This document shows, in pieces, positions 9,674-19,807 of a stretch of 35,327 nt of DNA. The stretch covers positions 1-35,327 of the forward strand of contig CBDDUX010000101.1 of the NCBI GenBank assembly GCA_965234725.1, in the 5' to 3' direction. Position numbers and translations under genes: made by a program. Position 1 is the stretch's first letter. Every line of letters begins with the position of its first letter. Source of the stretch: Thermoplasmatota archaeon. GTDB taxonomy: Archaea; Thermoplasmatota; Penumbrarchaeia; Penumbrarchaeales; Penumbrarchaeaceae. Below the pieces are notes generated by a model, which saw only the letters and a list, made by a program, of their open reading frames with translations, made no database searches and had not been told where the DNA came from.

Positions 9674-10579
9674 ATGGATATGATAGAAATGCTTGTACCC
9701 CTGCCAGACCTTCCCAGACTCAGCTGGTTCGAAGTGGAGATACTCAACTTTCTAAGGACCAATGAAAGGTATGGAAACGAGATGCTGGCCATGTTAAAGG
9801 AACATCTCGGAGAGAGTGAGGTCTCTTCCGGTAAACTATATTCGGACCTGAAGAAAATGGAGAAGAAGAAATATATAATCAGGACGAAGGGGAGAAGAGA
9901 GAAGGGCGACGCACTAATGACAAGAGGTGTGGACAGGGTCTATTTCAAGATAACGGAGTCCGGATCGAGAGAGCTTGAGAAAACAGAAAGGTACATGTCA
10001 TGCTGGCAGTTCGAATCCATGCTTGAAAGGTCATCTGAAAAGATACCTTTGATCATGGAAAAGGTTCTCCAACCCCTTGGAATGGATATCACCGTTGGTG
10101 TAGCTGTTGACCCTTCCAGGTTGGGTACTGCAAGAGCGATCGATCTCCTTCCTGTGATGGAAGGAGTGAAATATGCTCTTCTTATGATATCCAATGATGG
10201 GTCAACACCGGTCCCGCATATCGATGAAAAAGGCAGGGAAATGGCCTCCTTTCCATCAAAGGACGATGATATTCCACTGAAGGATTCCTACCTTGATGCT
10301 GTTATCTCGATCTATCCTCTCACAAGAACCAGAAAAGAAATGACCTATATCTCCGAGCTTGTCAGAGTTGTCAAATCGGGGGGAAAGGTCATCGTTGCCG
10401 ATTTCTCCAAACTGGACTCCTTTATACTTGAGGATATCTTCAGATCACAACTTGGATGGTCCGGTGAGGACCTCAAAGGACATGATTCAAGGGGGATCAG
10501 GGAAATTCTTTCGGAACACCTTTCTGATGTGGATGTCAAGAAGTTCAAGGAACAGTACATTGCCTGGGGAACCAAATGA
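9674..10579 (+). CDS. PadR-like winged-helix regulator fused to a class I methyltransferase-like domain
   Basis: PadR hallmarks RYGNEM, SGKLYSDLKKME, RVYFKITESG. The C-terminal IPLKDSYLDAVIS and ELVRVVKSGGKVIVADF are typical of Methyltransf_11. True start may be ATG9680. Confidence 0.75.
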   Translation: MDMIEMLVPLPDLPRLSWFEVEILNFLRTNERYGNEMLAMLKEHLGESEVSSGKLYSDLKKMEKKKYIIRTKGRREKGDALMTRGVDRVYFKITESGSRELEKTERYMSCWQFESMLERSSEKIPLIMEKVLQPLGMDITVGVAVDPSRLGTARAIDLLPVMEGVKYALLMISNDGSTPVPHIDEKGREMASFPSKDDDIPLKDSYLDAVISIYPLTRTRKEMTYISELVRVVKSGGKVIVADFSKLDSFILEDIFRSQLGWSGEDLKGHDSRGIREILSEHLSDVDVKKFKEQYIAWGTK

Positions 10580-10581
10580 TA

Positions 10582-11049
10582 TCACTTCACTTTGTACATC
10601 AGGAATCCATTTGATCCATTATTTCGTACTATGAAATCCACGTTAAGGTCCTCTTCCACAAGTTTCAATGTTGACATCAATCTACCCTCGATATTAAAAA
10701 CCTCTCCCTTACCCACCCCTGGACATTTGTTGTGTACCGTCAGAACGTAGTGGTCTCCTTTCTTCTTAATTATGAATGGATAGCCCATGCATATCTTGGG
10801 CCTGGTCAGATATCTCCCGCATCTTTTCTCAATTCCATTGTTCTTTAAGAGGTACTTACAGAAACCATCCACTGGATCTCCGATATATTCTGACAGGTAT
10901 CCATCGATCCATGTCCTTGAAAAAACATTGCCACAACAGGAACCGCACATCTGGCATTCCCATTTCATACCGTGAGGTATCTCGATAAAGTCTGAGATGT
11001 CCGCCGAAAGGGGTGCATCGTCACCTTCAACGATCAGGGGCGTTTCCAA
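10582..11049 (-). CDS. YkgJ-family cysteine-cluster (putative Zn/Fe-S) protein
   Basis: WECQMCGSCC...CKYL...CGRYLTRPKICMGYPF...CPGVG. TTG start. Confidence 0.82.
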   Translation of the reverse strand: METPLIVEGDDAPLSADISDFIEIPHGMKWECQMCGSCCGNVFSRTWIDGYLSEYIGDPVDGFCKYLLKNNGIEKRCGRYLTRPKICMGYPFIIKKKGDHYVLTVHNKCPGVGKGEVFNIEGRLMSTLKLVEEDLNVDFIVRNNGSNGFLMYKVK

Positions 11050-11120
11050 GATCTACAACTCTGTGATTGAAATAAGAGAGATATCAGGTTGTATTTAAAG
11101 TAAGGAGATAGATCTTATTT

Positions 11121-12599
11121 TCAGCGTGAGGGTCTGTTATCCACGATCCTTTCCGGTTTTATTTTACTCCCCCACATTTCAAGGAGTTCATTCTCGGATG
11201 TTGATGTGTCAATTGAAACAGGGATCTCCATCGCATCTTTGATCTTCTTTTCTATCTGCTTGGCGAGTTCCTTTCTGTCCACACCTTCATCGATCGCAAT
11301 TTTGACCTTGAGGATATCCAGATCGGACTTGTTCTTCTTCTCGATGGAAACCTGCCAATCGACGATACCTTCCAAACCATGAAGTATATCATACAATGGA
11401 TCGAGGTTGACAGACCTTTCATTTTCTTCTGTCAGGGACATTTTTTTGGAATAGTCCTTCATCCTTCCGATAGGACCTCTAATTCGTGGAATATTGCTCC
11501 CGCATAATGGACATTTTCCATATAGTATACCACCTTCAAAGATATCACCAATTAGGTATCTGCATATGGTTGAACCTCTTCCATCAATGTTGGTAATGAC
11601 AAGATGGCCTCTTTCTCCCGGTCTTTTCTGTTTCCCTGTCAACGGATCAACGATCTCTGCTATGTGGAGATTCGGGTGTATGTGATAAACACCGGACCCC
11701 GGGGTGCATTCAGGTAAGGCATCCCTCATCTCCGTAGAGAGATAGATATCATAAATAGTGAAATCCTGAGCGCCTCCATCCTTGAGGAGTTGCTCGATCT
11801 TCTTTTTCGATCCTTTGGTCGTTCTTTCCCCTGCGATCAGGACCAATTTGATCCCGGAAAGATCGGTTGCTTTCCCTTTTGCCCTTCTGAGAAGGTAGTT
11901 AATGTATGAAGGGAAACCCACAATCACATTCGCATCAACTGCGTTGATCATGTCCAGAGCCTTTTCGGTGGATGACAATGCATCCCCACCGCAATGGTAG
12001 ATCCTCAATGGTGTAAAAATATTGAGCCAGTACATGAATGTGAATGCTATATGAGGACCGAAGGGAAAACAATTCAATATAACCCACTCATCCTCCATTC
12101 CCACAACATCCTGAAGGGATCTGTACGCATTGCTGAACTGCCTGATGTCCCTGGAAGTGAACATGAAGGAAAAATTATTTTCTGATCCATCGGTTGAATT
12201 TATCATGAAATTTGGATAATACTCCTGTGCCAGTTCCTTTTTAGGATCTCCGCCAGTAAGATCCGATAGCTTCATTCTGATCAATTTCATCCTTGGCCAG
12301 TGCTCCATGATCTTTTCCAGGTCCGGCGAGAGGATGATATCCTTGTATCTATTCGGATCATCCTCTGTGGGCATGATATCTTCTTTTTTGGTAAGTGGGA
12401 TCCTCTCTAGGTCCTTCACGGTATTGATCGAATTCGGATCAATACCCTTCTCATCGAATAACCTCTTGTAATAGGGAGAGAATGGATAGAGCTGGTACCT
12501 TACCATCTCCCTCAGCTTCTTCTCCTGAATCCTGGCGATCTCTTCGCTCGACAGATCGTAATATCTCTCCACGGGATCAAAATCCAAGGTTGAACCCAC
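11121..12599 (-). CDS. Phenylacetate-CoA ligase (PaaK)-like adenylate-forming protein, divergent
   Basis: SPYYKRLF..GIDP..I....DL..IPLTKKED, EIVDP.TG....PGERG.LVIT, RYLIGD, CPLCG, RIVDNR. Several catalytic motifs are degenerate (see findings). Confidence 0.78.
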   Translation of the reverse strand: MGSTLDFDPVERYYDLSSEEIARIQEKKLREMVRYQLYPFSPYYKRLFDEKGIDPNSINTVKDLERIPLTKKEDIMPTEDDPNRYKDIILSPDLEKIMEHWPRMKLIRMKLSDLTGGDPKKELAQEYYPNFMINSTDGSENNFSFMFTSRDIRQFSNAYRSLQDVVGMEDEWVILNCFPFGPHIAFTFMYWLNIFTPLRIYHCGGDALSSTEKALDMINAVDANVIVGFPSYINYLLRRAKGKATDLSGIKLVLIAGERTTKGSKKKIEQLLKDGGAQDFTIYDIYLSTEMRDALPECTPGSGVYHIHPNLHIAEIVDPLTGKQKRPGERGHLVITNIDGRGSTICRYLIGDIFEGGILYGKCPLCGSNIPRIRGPIGRMKDYSKKMSLTEENERSVNLDPLYDILHGLEGIVDWQVSIEKKNKSDLDILKVKIAIDEGVDRKELAKQIEKKIKDAMEIPVSIDTSTSENELLEMWGSKIKPERIVDNRPSR

Positions 12600-12805
12600 C
12601 TTCCCAGGGAGCGGGATGTTCCTGTGAACGGGTCCTGGATATAAAGCCTTAACTTACCTTCTAATGATGCTTCATCCTGCCTCCGTGGGAAAAAGCTGAT
12701 CTTATCGATCCATCCATGAAGCAAGGGATCCAGATATGATCTCGTCTGTATCCATTAGGAGTTCCGATAGAACAAGATAAGGAATAAGAACGCAATAGCA
12801 CCGAT

Positions 12806-13558
12806 ATGGTCGAGGACCATTTGTTTAGGGTCATAGAAATGGAGAAACTGGACCCATACATGGCAATGGCACTGGAAGAGATCTGCCTCGAAAGCGTCAG
12901 GGATGGAGGCGACCCGGTGATCCATTTCTGGGAATGGGACAGGACGGCCGTTACAATAGGGTCCTTCCAGATGATGAATGACGAGGTTTATGTTGAAAAG
13001 TGTCGAAAGGATGAGGTCCCGATTATCAGGAGGATCAGCGGAGGAGGGACCATGTTCCATGATCTAGGGCAGGAGTTCATCTTCTCGATAACGGCTCCTC
13101 CTGGGATCCTAAGTAATGATATCACAAAGTCCTACAAGCAGGTCCTTGACCCTGTGAAAAAGGGTCTCTCTGAGATCGGTCTTGGATCAAGGATAGAGGA
13201 GAACAATCTGATGGTAGGAGACCTCAAGATCTCAGGAAGCTCCCAGAGAAGGACCTCCAAAGCCATCTTGCACCATGGTACGGTCCTCTATGATGTCAAT
13301 CCTTACAGGATGCTGAATTATATCAAAGGGGACAAGGTGGTTCCTTCCGGAAAGGGAACTTGTTCCAATTACAGGCCTGTAACATGTATCCTGGACCACC
13401 TTGAGATAGAGATGATGGATGTGTACCGTTCTGTGAGATCTGCACTTCTGGAGGGAAAGGATAATTACATCTCGAAATGGGCCGAAGATGAACTGGAAAA
13501 CGCTCAGAGGTTGGTAGAAACGAGATATTCTGATGATGAATGGAATATGAAAATATAA
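12806..13558 (+). CDS. lplA: Lipoate-protein ligase A, catalytic domain only
   Basis: MALEE, IGSFQ, RRISGGGTMFHD, KISGSSQ with the catalytic Lys, HHGTVLYD, RYSDDEWN end. No C-terminal LplA domain. Confidence 0.85.
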   Translation: MVEDHLFRVIEMEKLDPYMAMALEEICLESVRDGGDPVIHFWEWDRTAVTIGSFQMMNDEVYVEKCRKDEVPIIRRISGGGTMFHDLGQEFIFSITAPPGILSNDITKSYKQVLDPVKKGLSEIGLGSRIEENNLMVGDLKISGSSQRRTSKAILHHGTVLYDVNPYRMLNYIKGDKVVPSGKGTCSNYRPVTCILDHLEIEMMDVYRSVRSALLEGKDNYISKWAEDELENAQRLVETRYSDDEWNMKI

Positions 13559-13747
13559 TCTGTCCATTATTTCGGACACTTTTTCGAGTTTCTGTTCGTT
13601 ATGATCGACACCTATATGAAACGATAAATGAACTCGGTTGTGGACCTACCTACTGTCCAATTGATCCTTCTCGTGTTCATTTCAATGATACACAACAATC
13701 GATTAATACCGGTAAGCTGAATACAATCCCATCCAAGGGGAAGAAGG

Positions 13748-16700
13748 ATGTTGAGAATAGCTAAGACGGACAATTTCTTTTCACCTTTGGTAATTATTAT
13801 TATCTTGATTTCAATCAATCCTTTCATTAGCCCGGCCTATTCTTCAGTAAATAATGTTTTTCCAAGCAGATTTTCTGGAGGGTGGTCCCTTGAAGTCAAC
13901 GGAGGTCAAGGAAATTTTCTTTCCTCACCAGCACTAGCGGACCTGGACCTAGATGGAGACATGGAGATAATACTGGTCACATCAGAAGGGACACTGCACG
14001 CCATTGATAGTTCGGGAAAATACATGTGGAATAGTTCTTTCTCAGATAATGGAACCGTCACTTATGGAGATAAACACGACGGGAGCTTCCATTCCTTGGT
14101 TTTCACATCTCCTCTTGTAACCAATCTTTCTGGGGGTCCTGAACCTGAGATAGTAATAGGATCACAGGGGGGACCTATCTGTTTCAATAGCACAGGTGCT
14201 ATACTTTGGAAGACTGGAAGAAAGGATTTCACATCTGTCAGCACACCATCCATTTTCGAGGTATATGGTGATGGATACGGCCCCGGAGAAGATATCGGTA
14301 TAGCCTTGACAACTCAGCATAGTAATGGTTCTCATTATCTGGAGATATACTCTAATCTGGGAACTCATCTATCAAGCACATTCATCACTAACGGAACAGG
14401 AAGGATCTCCACAACAGTCGTCACTTCCGATCTGGATGATGATGGAGACCCAGAAGATGAGATAGTAATAGATGTGAACGGGACTGGGACCTTCTGGTTT
14501 ATTCCCTATGAAAATAATCCATTCTTTTTTCATGTTCTCAACAATTCAATCCACAAGGGTGTGAGTTATTCTTCGCCTGTAGTTGCTGATCTTTTCGGAT
14601 CAACCGAAAAGGAGACCATAATGATAGAGAACGATTTCAACGGAACCGGGCCCATTGAAAATCATACGATCAGCATCTATGGTGGCAGAGGTAATCTGTT
14701 AATCTCAAAGAAAATCGATCATGGCGGACCCGTAACCTCATCGGCAGTTGTCGCGGACCTGGATGGATCTAGTGATGAGACACCTTCAGCTGCCATGGAG
14801 CTTATTTATGTGAACCTTTCAGGTTTTCTTCAGGTTTATGATTTATCCTTCTCTCCGATCAATCTGACTGAAAAATGGAGATTCTATCTCGGAAGCAACT
14901 GCACCAGTTCTCCTGCAATATGCGATATAGACGGTGATCTGGAAAATGAGATCGTTGTGGCCAGTCATCAAGGAAAAATCTACTGCTTGGACGGTGACCC
15001 CTCAGATGGAACCGATGAAGGAGTCCCATATCCGGGCGATGGTCCTCAATCGGATGTTAAATGGGTATTCGATACGAACAATAAAATCACAACTTCATCG
15101 CCTGTTGTGGCTGATGTGGATGGAGATCGTCAGATTGATATTGTAATTGGAACGGATAGCGGAATGTTATTCTCATTGGGACCAAGTACCAATTGTTTTC
15201 TCGATCAGATCGATTGGCCCACCCAAAGGGGAAACAACAGAAGGACAGGAGAGTACATTCTTTCACCAAGGATGGAGGTTGATATTCGAAGGACCAATAT
15301 AACAAACACTGATGGAATACGCAAAATTCAACCAGGATGCACAACAATTTTCAACATTACAATATCCACAAGGGGTTATTGGTTAAGGGAAGAAAACAAA
15401 TTCAATATCGACGTTGAGGTTCTTTCACCGGGATGGAAATGTCACACGGAGATCCCACCAAGTCATGGCATTGAGAATCCTGATTTCATCTTTTTGATCC
15501 CAAACGATCAAAAGCAGTTCCAGGTTTATATTGAAGCTCCATGGGAGGGGGAAATTGGTGAACTGGGAAGGTTCAATATCTCCGCTACTCTGAGTGATGA
15601 TAAAACCATATGTGATAAAATGGTTTTGATGGCTGGGCTGGACCAATTCGTGGATTTCGAACTGAACTTTTTGAAGCAAGCATCAACAGATCCTCTGGAC
15701 CCTTTAGAGGGTAAGAAATGGGGCATGATAACTCCGGGAGATGAGGGAATTTACACGATCTCGATCCTGAACAAGGGGAATGTAAACGATACATATGACC
15801 TCTCACTGAATTCACCACCCAAGGATCTCGGATGGGACTGGTATTTTATCGAGACAAACAGAACAACGGCCAATGTGTCACTTACATCACCCCCATTTGC
15901 AGAGCAGTTCGGTGGGATTACCGGTACTTCATATACGGTCTTTGTCAGATCTCCGGATTTCTTCCTGGGAGGATCACAGATACCGATCAAGCTAACAGTA
16001 AGTTCGAGGAATGCATCGATATTAAATGAGACACTGGAAAAAGAGGACACCTTGATCCTCGTAGTACAAAGTTACCCTGATTTCGAGATCGAGGTCCCGG
16101 ATGAACCCATCCCGATCTTCCCGAACTATACTGTAGAGGTCCCCATTGGGATCACGAATACAGGAAACAAAGATCTGATATACGTGATACTTTCGATCGA
16201 GGGTAAACAGCCTGGTTGGACTGTGAGATATCCCGAAGAACCTCTGGGGGTCTTCCAGGGACAGACAAGGAGGATTTTGATCAAGGTCTCTTTTCACGAA
16301 ATCGAATTAGGAATCTCCTGGAAAGCAGGAAATATCTATCCTGTAGAAATTTCTGGGAAATCCGATTCCCTGGTCAGAAATGATACTTTTACTATGTACG
16401 TTGAAAGGATCTCGGCCATCTTGACGGTCCTGAATCCGGATACAGTTCAGTATATCGATCCCGGAGGATCAAAGGATTATCAACTGCTCCTTGCGAACGG
16501 GGGAACGGGGGATGAAGTTCTGAACCTGACGGTCGATCCTGCCATTGAAGGAGATGATATCTCGATCTCCTTCATCGACATACCATCAACAGAAATGATG
16601 TGGCTTCCTTGGGGTGGGGAGATCTTGCTGGATTTCATTATAAATGTGGGAATAAAGGCTCCCATGGGCTTTCATACCATCATTATTCAACTTACAACAG

Positions 16701-17749
16701 AAAGTGGATACTTTAGCGTGATAGAGATCAAAATAAACATTACACATGTAAGGTCCTTCGAACTGATAACGCCTCAGGATATGGATTCCTTCTACCTCCA
16801 GATGGAACCTGGCGAATACCATTCTTTCACTGTCGGTATCAAGAACACTGGAAACATAGGATTGGATATCGTTCCAATGTTCGGAAGGAGGGCCCTAAGC
16901 CACCCGGACCAGTTCACAAGTTCCAATCTGGAATGTACTTTCTCCTTCGATTGGATATCATTGAGGGGGGATAATTCAGAAGAGACCCGGGTAACCTTCA
17001 CTGGTGAAAACGTCACAGTGTCCGATCTTTTTAATGGAGTCCTTTACCGATTAGAAGATGAAATAAAGAAGGGCGGATTCGATGTATCCATTGATACCGG
17101 AGAGGTCCTATGGATCGGAATGCATTTCACTCTTCCTGACTACAATGGGGAGAAAATGGTCCCGGCGATGTCACTTTCGTTCCTTGTAAAAGAGAAGGTA
17201 TTGAACTTGATAGAGAGGTTCGATCTGGGAGTGAGCGTTCTCTATCCTGACCTGACGATAACAGACGTCATCGTAAAAACTGATGAAAATATCTTTATGA
17301 ACAGTAGCTGCAAAGTTGGGGACGTAATGATCATTACAGTTTATGTCAAGAACATCGGGGATGTGACTTCACTTGAAACAACAGTCAGGTTCAATTTCGA
17401 CGAAGAGGCATATGAACTCTTCGATATAGGGCCAATGGATCCGGGTGATCTCAGATATTTCACCACCAACATAACACTTGGAGCGGGATATCATGATATC
17501 AGCTTCGAGGTCGATCCATTGAATTATGTGTATGAAAAGAACGATCAGTTCATGGAAGGCAGTCAGCCAGGAGCCAATATCTGGAAAAGGACCTTCCTGG
17601 TTGAAAAAGAGAATGAGGAAAGTGACGGTCTCCCGTTATGGTTGGCCCTCCTCAACATCGGATTGGTCCTTCTCCTATTAATTTCAGCATCTGTTTTCTT
17701 AATACTTATCAGAAGAAGGAGTAAAGGACCCATTCCAAATGAGGAATAA
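13748..17749 (+). CDS. Large cell-surface protein: FG-GAP/beta-propeller, tandem Ig-like (NEW3-like) domains, CARDB, C-terminal TM anchor
   Basis: Signal peptide; repeated SSPxxxDxDxDGxxEI; WPTQRGNNRRTG; repeated NxGNxxD units; PDLTIT..VKNIG..VDPLN..E CARDB motif; hydrophobic helix followed by RRRSK. Confidence 0.82.
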   Translation: MLRIAKTDNFFSPLVIIIILISINPFISPAYSSVNNVFPSRFSGGWSLEVNGGQGNFLSSPALADLDLDGDMEIILVTSEGTLHAIDSSGKYMWNSSFSDNGTVTYGDKHDGSFHSLVFTSPLVTNLSGGPEPEIVIGSQGGPICFNSTGAILWKTGRKDFTSVSTPSIFEVYGDGYGPGEDIGIALTTQHSNGSHYLEIYSNLGTHLSSTFITNGTGRISTTVVTSDLDDDGDPEDEIVIDVNGTGTFWFIPYENNPFFFHVLNNSIHKGVSYSSPVVADLFGSTEKETIMIENDFNGTGPIENHTISIYGGRGNLLISKKIDHGGPVTSSAVVADLDGSSDETPSAAMELIYVNLSGFLQVYDLSFSPINLTEKWRFYLGSNCTSSPAICDIDGDLENEIVVASHQGKIYCLDGDPSDGTDEGVPYPGDGPQSDVKWVFDTNNKITTSSPVVADVDGDRQIDIVIGTDSGMLFSLGPSTNCFLDQIDWPTQRGNNRRTGEYILSPRMEVDIRRTNITNTDGIRKIQPGCTTIFNITISTRGYWLREENKFNIDVEVLSPGWKCHTEIPPSHGIENPDFIFLIPNDQKQFQVYIEAPWEGEIGELGRFNISATLSDDKTICDKMVLMAGLDQFVDFELNFLKQASTDPLDPLEGKKWGMITPGDEGIYTISILNKGNVNDTYDLSLNSPPKDLGWDWYFIETNRTTANVSLTSPPFAEQFGGITGTSYTVFVRSPDFFLGGSQIPIKLTVSSRNASILNETLEKEDTLILVVQSYPDFEIEVPDEPIPIFPNYTVEVPIGITNTGNKDLIYVILSIEGKQPGWTVRYPEEPLGVFQGQTRRILIKVSFHEIELGISWKAGNIYPVEISGKSDSLVRNDTFTMYVERISAILTVLNPDTVQYIDPGGSKDYQLLLANGGTGDEVLNLTVDPAIEGDDISISFIDIPSTEMMWLPWGGEILLDFIINVGIKAPMGFHTIIIQLTTESGYFSVIEIKINITHVRSFELITPQDMDSFYLQMEPGEYHSFTVGIKNTGNIGLDIVPMFGRRALSHPDQFTSSNLECTFSFDWISLRGDNSEETRVTFTGENVTVSDLFNGVLYRLEDEIKKGGFDVSIDTGEVLWIGMHFTLPDYNGEKMVPAMSLSFLVKEKVLNLIERFDLGVSVLYPDLTITDVIVKTDENIFMNSSCKVGDVMIITVYVKNIGDVTSLETTVRFNFDEEAYELFDIGPMDPGDLRYFTTNITLGAGYHDISFEVDPLNYVYEKNDQFMEGSQPGANIWKRTFLVEKENEESDGLPLWLALLNIGLVLLLLISASVFLILIRRRSKGPIPNEE

Positions 17750-17840
17750 GTCCAAACCTTAAAAAAATACATTATTGCAGATCAGTTTTTCAGGGTCAGT
17801 ACTTAAACTCCTTAGGAATCATTAAATACCATAATAGATA

Positions 17841-17864
17841 ATGTAAGCTTACACTGGTTGACAT
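17841..17864 (+). promoter_or_regulatory. Putative operator overlapping the start of the HTH gene
   Basis: Perfect palindrome TGTAAGCTTACA (17842-17853) inside the imperfect inverted repeat ATGTAAGC-N8-GTTGACAT, which runs into the ATG. AT-rich box at 17831-17840 and no SD. Confidence 0.5.
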
Positions 17865-18315
17865 GTTCAGAAAAGGAACTTCCTCGGAAGCACAGTTCAA
17901 CTACTGGAACCTCAGAAGAGGAGGCAAATCCCAATCCGAGATCTCCAGAGAATTCAACATCACAAGGCAGTCCGTATCCAAATCCGTGAAGGTTCAAGAA
18001 AGGGAGGTTGTTATCCGATTGCTTGAATGGGCTCAAGCTTCGGGGATACTTCCAATATTTTATGATCAGGTCCTTGGAGTTCTGATTGGAACCATCCCTC
18101 CACTCGGGAATATCAAATGCTTTTTGATCATCGATGACAGGAACGATTCCAGGGTATTCTATGATCCGAAGGCAAATCCCGATGAGGAGGGCCGTAATTC
18201 ATCGAGAAAAGATCTTATCAGTCTTCTGACAAGGGTCCTGGATACCGATAGGTTCAAAGGAATGGATTTCAACGATATATTGGACGAAATAATGATGTTC
18301 AAGAGAGGTGATTGA
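17863..18315 (+). CDS. HTH DNA-binding protein, putative transcriptional regulator
   Basis: N-terminal HTH GKSQSEISREFNITRQSVSKSV. Confidence 0.75.
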   Translation: MFRKGTSSEAQFNYWNLRRGGKSQSEISREFNITRQSVSKSVKVQEREVVIRLLEWAQASGILPIFYDQVLGVLIGTIPPLGNIKCFLIIDDRNDSRVFYDPKANPDEEGRNSSRKDLISLLTRVLDTDRFKGMDFNDILDEIMMFKRGD

Positions 18316-19770
18316 TTGTTACTTGATAAAGACAATGAGAGAACTTGCCATCGACAAATCACGTTTTCGATCCTGGCAATTGTTCTGGTAAGTATCTCGA
18401 TCCTGTCATTTGACAGCGCAAGCGCTTCAGGAATCTTTGAACCACCATCCATAGAAAGAATCCAGGAGCAGATCCCAAATGCCACCGTTCTTGAAAAGGA
18501 TAAGGATATAAAAGGAGAAGTGAACCTTGATGAGTACAATAACAGTTTCGACCTCTATATCGCGGTCATCCCTACCGGTGAGGACGATTTGTGGATACAT
18601 CTTGAAGGTAGAGACTATGATGGCGGGAAAGTGGGTCTTGTATATTTTTACGAGAATCTGAGTAGAGGAGAAGGATTCTCCACACTGCAAATTAAGGAAG
18701 ATTCTTATAAAGCCGATCTGTTAAGATCGAGCGACCTTTCAAAGAATTGTACTATCTATATTGTGGTTTACGGCAATGGGAAATATAGTGTCGGAATGGA
18801 TAGTTCAACATATTTTTCCATCTGGTACATACTGGTGCCTATTATCATTGTTTTCATTATCATCATATTGTCACCTGTTCTTTTTGCAATAATTACAATA
18901 ATAACTGCGAAAAAGAGGATCTCTCAAAGAAGAAAGATGATAGAGGCGAACGGACCGATTCATTCCGGTAGATTGTTGAAAAATCCTGAGAAGTATTTCA
19001 AGTCCAGTAAGGGTAGGGTCAAGTCCAGAAGAACTTTGTGGATCATCCTAATAGGGTCCCTTTTACTTTCCGTTCTTTTATTGATCCTCGGTTTCTTCAT
19101 TCCTACCATAAAGATAGGAGAGGTATACATTGTATACTGGCTGCAGCCTGGGATCCTTCTGATCATTTTAGCTGTATTTTCAATGTTCATATTGTGGATA
19201 GAATCCATTTCCAACAAACCAGGAGTACCATCTGGATTGGAGATGTCCCTGTCCGGAAAGAGGTCATCCAGACCTTTCAAGGAAAGTATTCCAAATATTA
19301 CAGTAATCTTTCCAGTGATATCATTGATTTTGGGATTCCTCATTTATGGAGTTCTAATTAGGAATAATCCTGGACATTTCTTCATTATGATCGAGATCCT
19401 TATTCTGACACTAATTTCATTTGTTACTATCCCCATCTTCTCAATATTCAATATCGAAGCAAGACCAGATAGAATCGAATTTTTCTATGGTCCGAGGGTT
19501 GTGTGGAAAAAGGTCCCTTTTATAGGAAAATCTATCCCACTCAAGGATATTTATTCCATTGCACCTGTTTCCGTTCATCCGATAAGAGACTATTTCATAG
19601 GCACATGGTGGATAAAGATAGGAAGAAAGGGGGAATATGGTTACCTCACTTTGCACAGGACAGGTGTGAGTATAATCACAATGGAGGGTAAGGAATACAT
19701 CGTCTCCACCAGGGATCCCATGAAGCTTGTCAAGTTCGTCAACGAGAGAAAAAAGGGAATTATAACATAG
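18316..19770 (+). CDS. Multi-pass membrane protein with an extracellular beta domain and a C-terminal PH-like domain
   Basis: Signal peptide, about 130-aa soluble domain, about 5 TM helices, C-terminal IPLKDIYSI...GVSIITMEGKEYIVSTRDP. TTG start directly follows the HTH stop, with SD GAGGTGA. Confidence 0.65.
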   Translation: MLLDKDNERTCHRQITFSILAIVLVSISILSFDSASASGIFEPPSIERIQEQIPNATVLEKDKDIKGEVNLDEYNNSFDLYIAVIPTGEDDLWIHLEGRDYDGGKVGLVYFYENLSRGEGFSTLQIKEDSYKADLLRSSDLSKNCTIYIVVYGNGKYSVGMDSSTYFSIWYILVPIIIVFIIIILSPVLFAIITIITAKKRISQRRKMIEANGPIHSGRLLKNPEKYFKSSKGRVKSRRTLWIILIGSLLLSVLLLILGFFIPTIKIGEVYIVYWLQPGILLIILAVFSMFILWIESISNKPGVPSGLEMSLSGKRSSRPFKESIPNITVIFPVISLILGFLIYGVLIRNNPGHFFIMIEILILTLISFVTIPIFSIFNIEARPDRIEFFYGPRVVWKKVPFIGKSIPLKDIYSIAPVSVHPIRDYFIGTWWIKIGRKGEYGYLTLHRTGVSIITMEGKEYIVSTRDPMKLVKFVNERKKGIIT

Positions 19771-19807
19771 ATTGAAAGGAAATGAGATTGTTTCATTCTG
19801 TCTCCAT

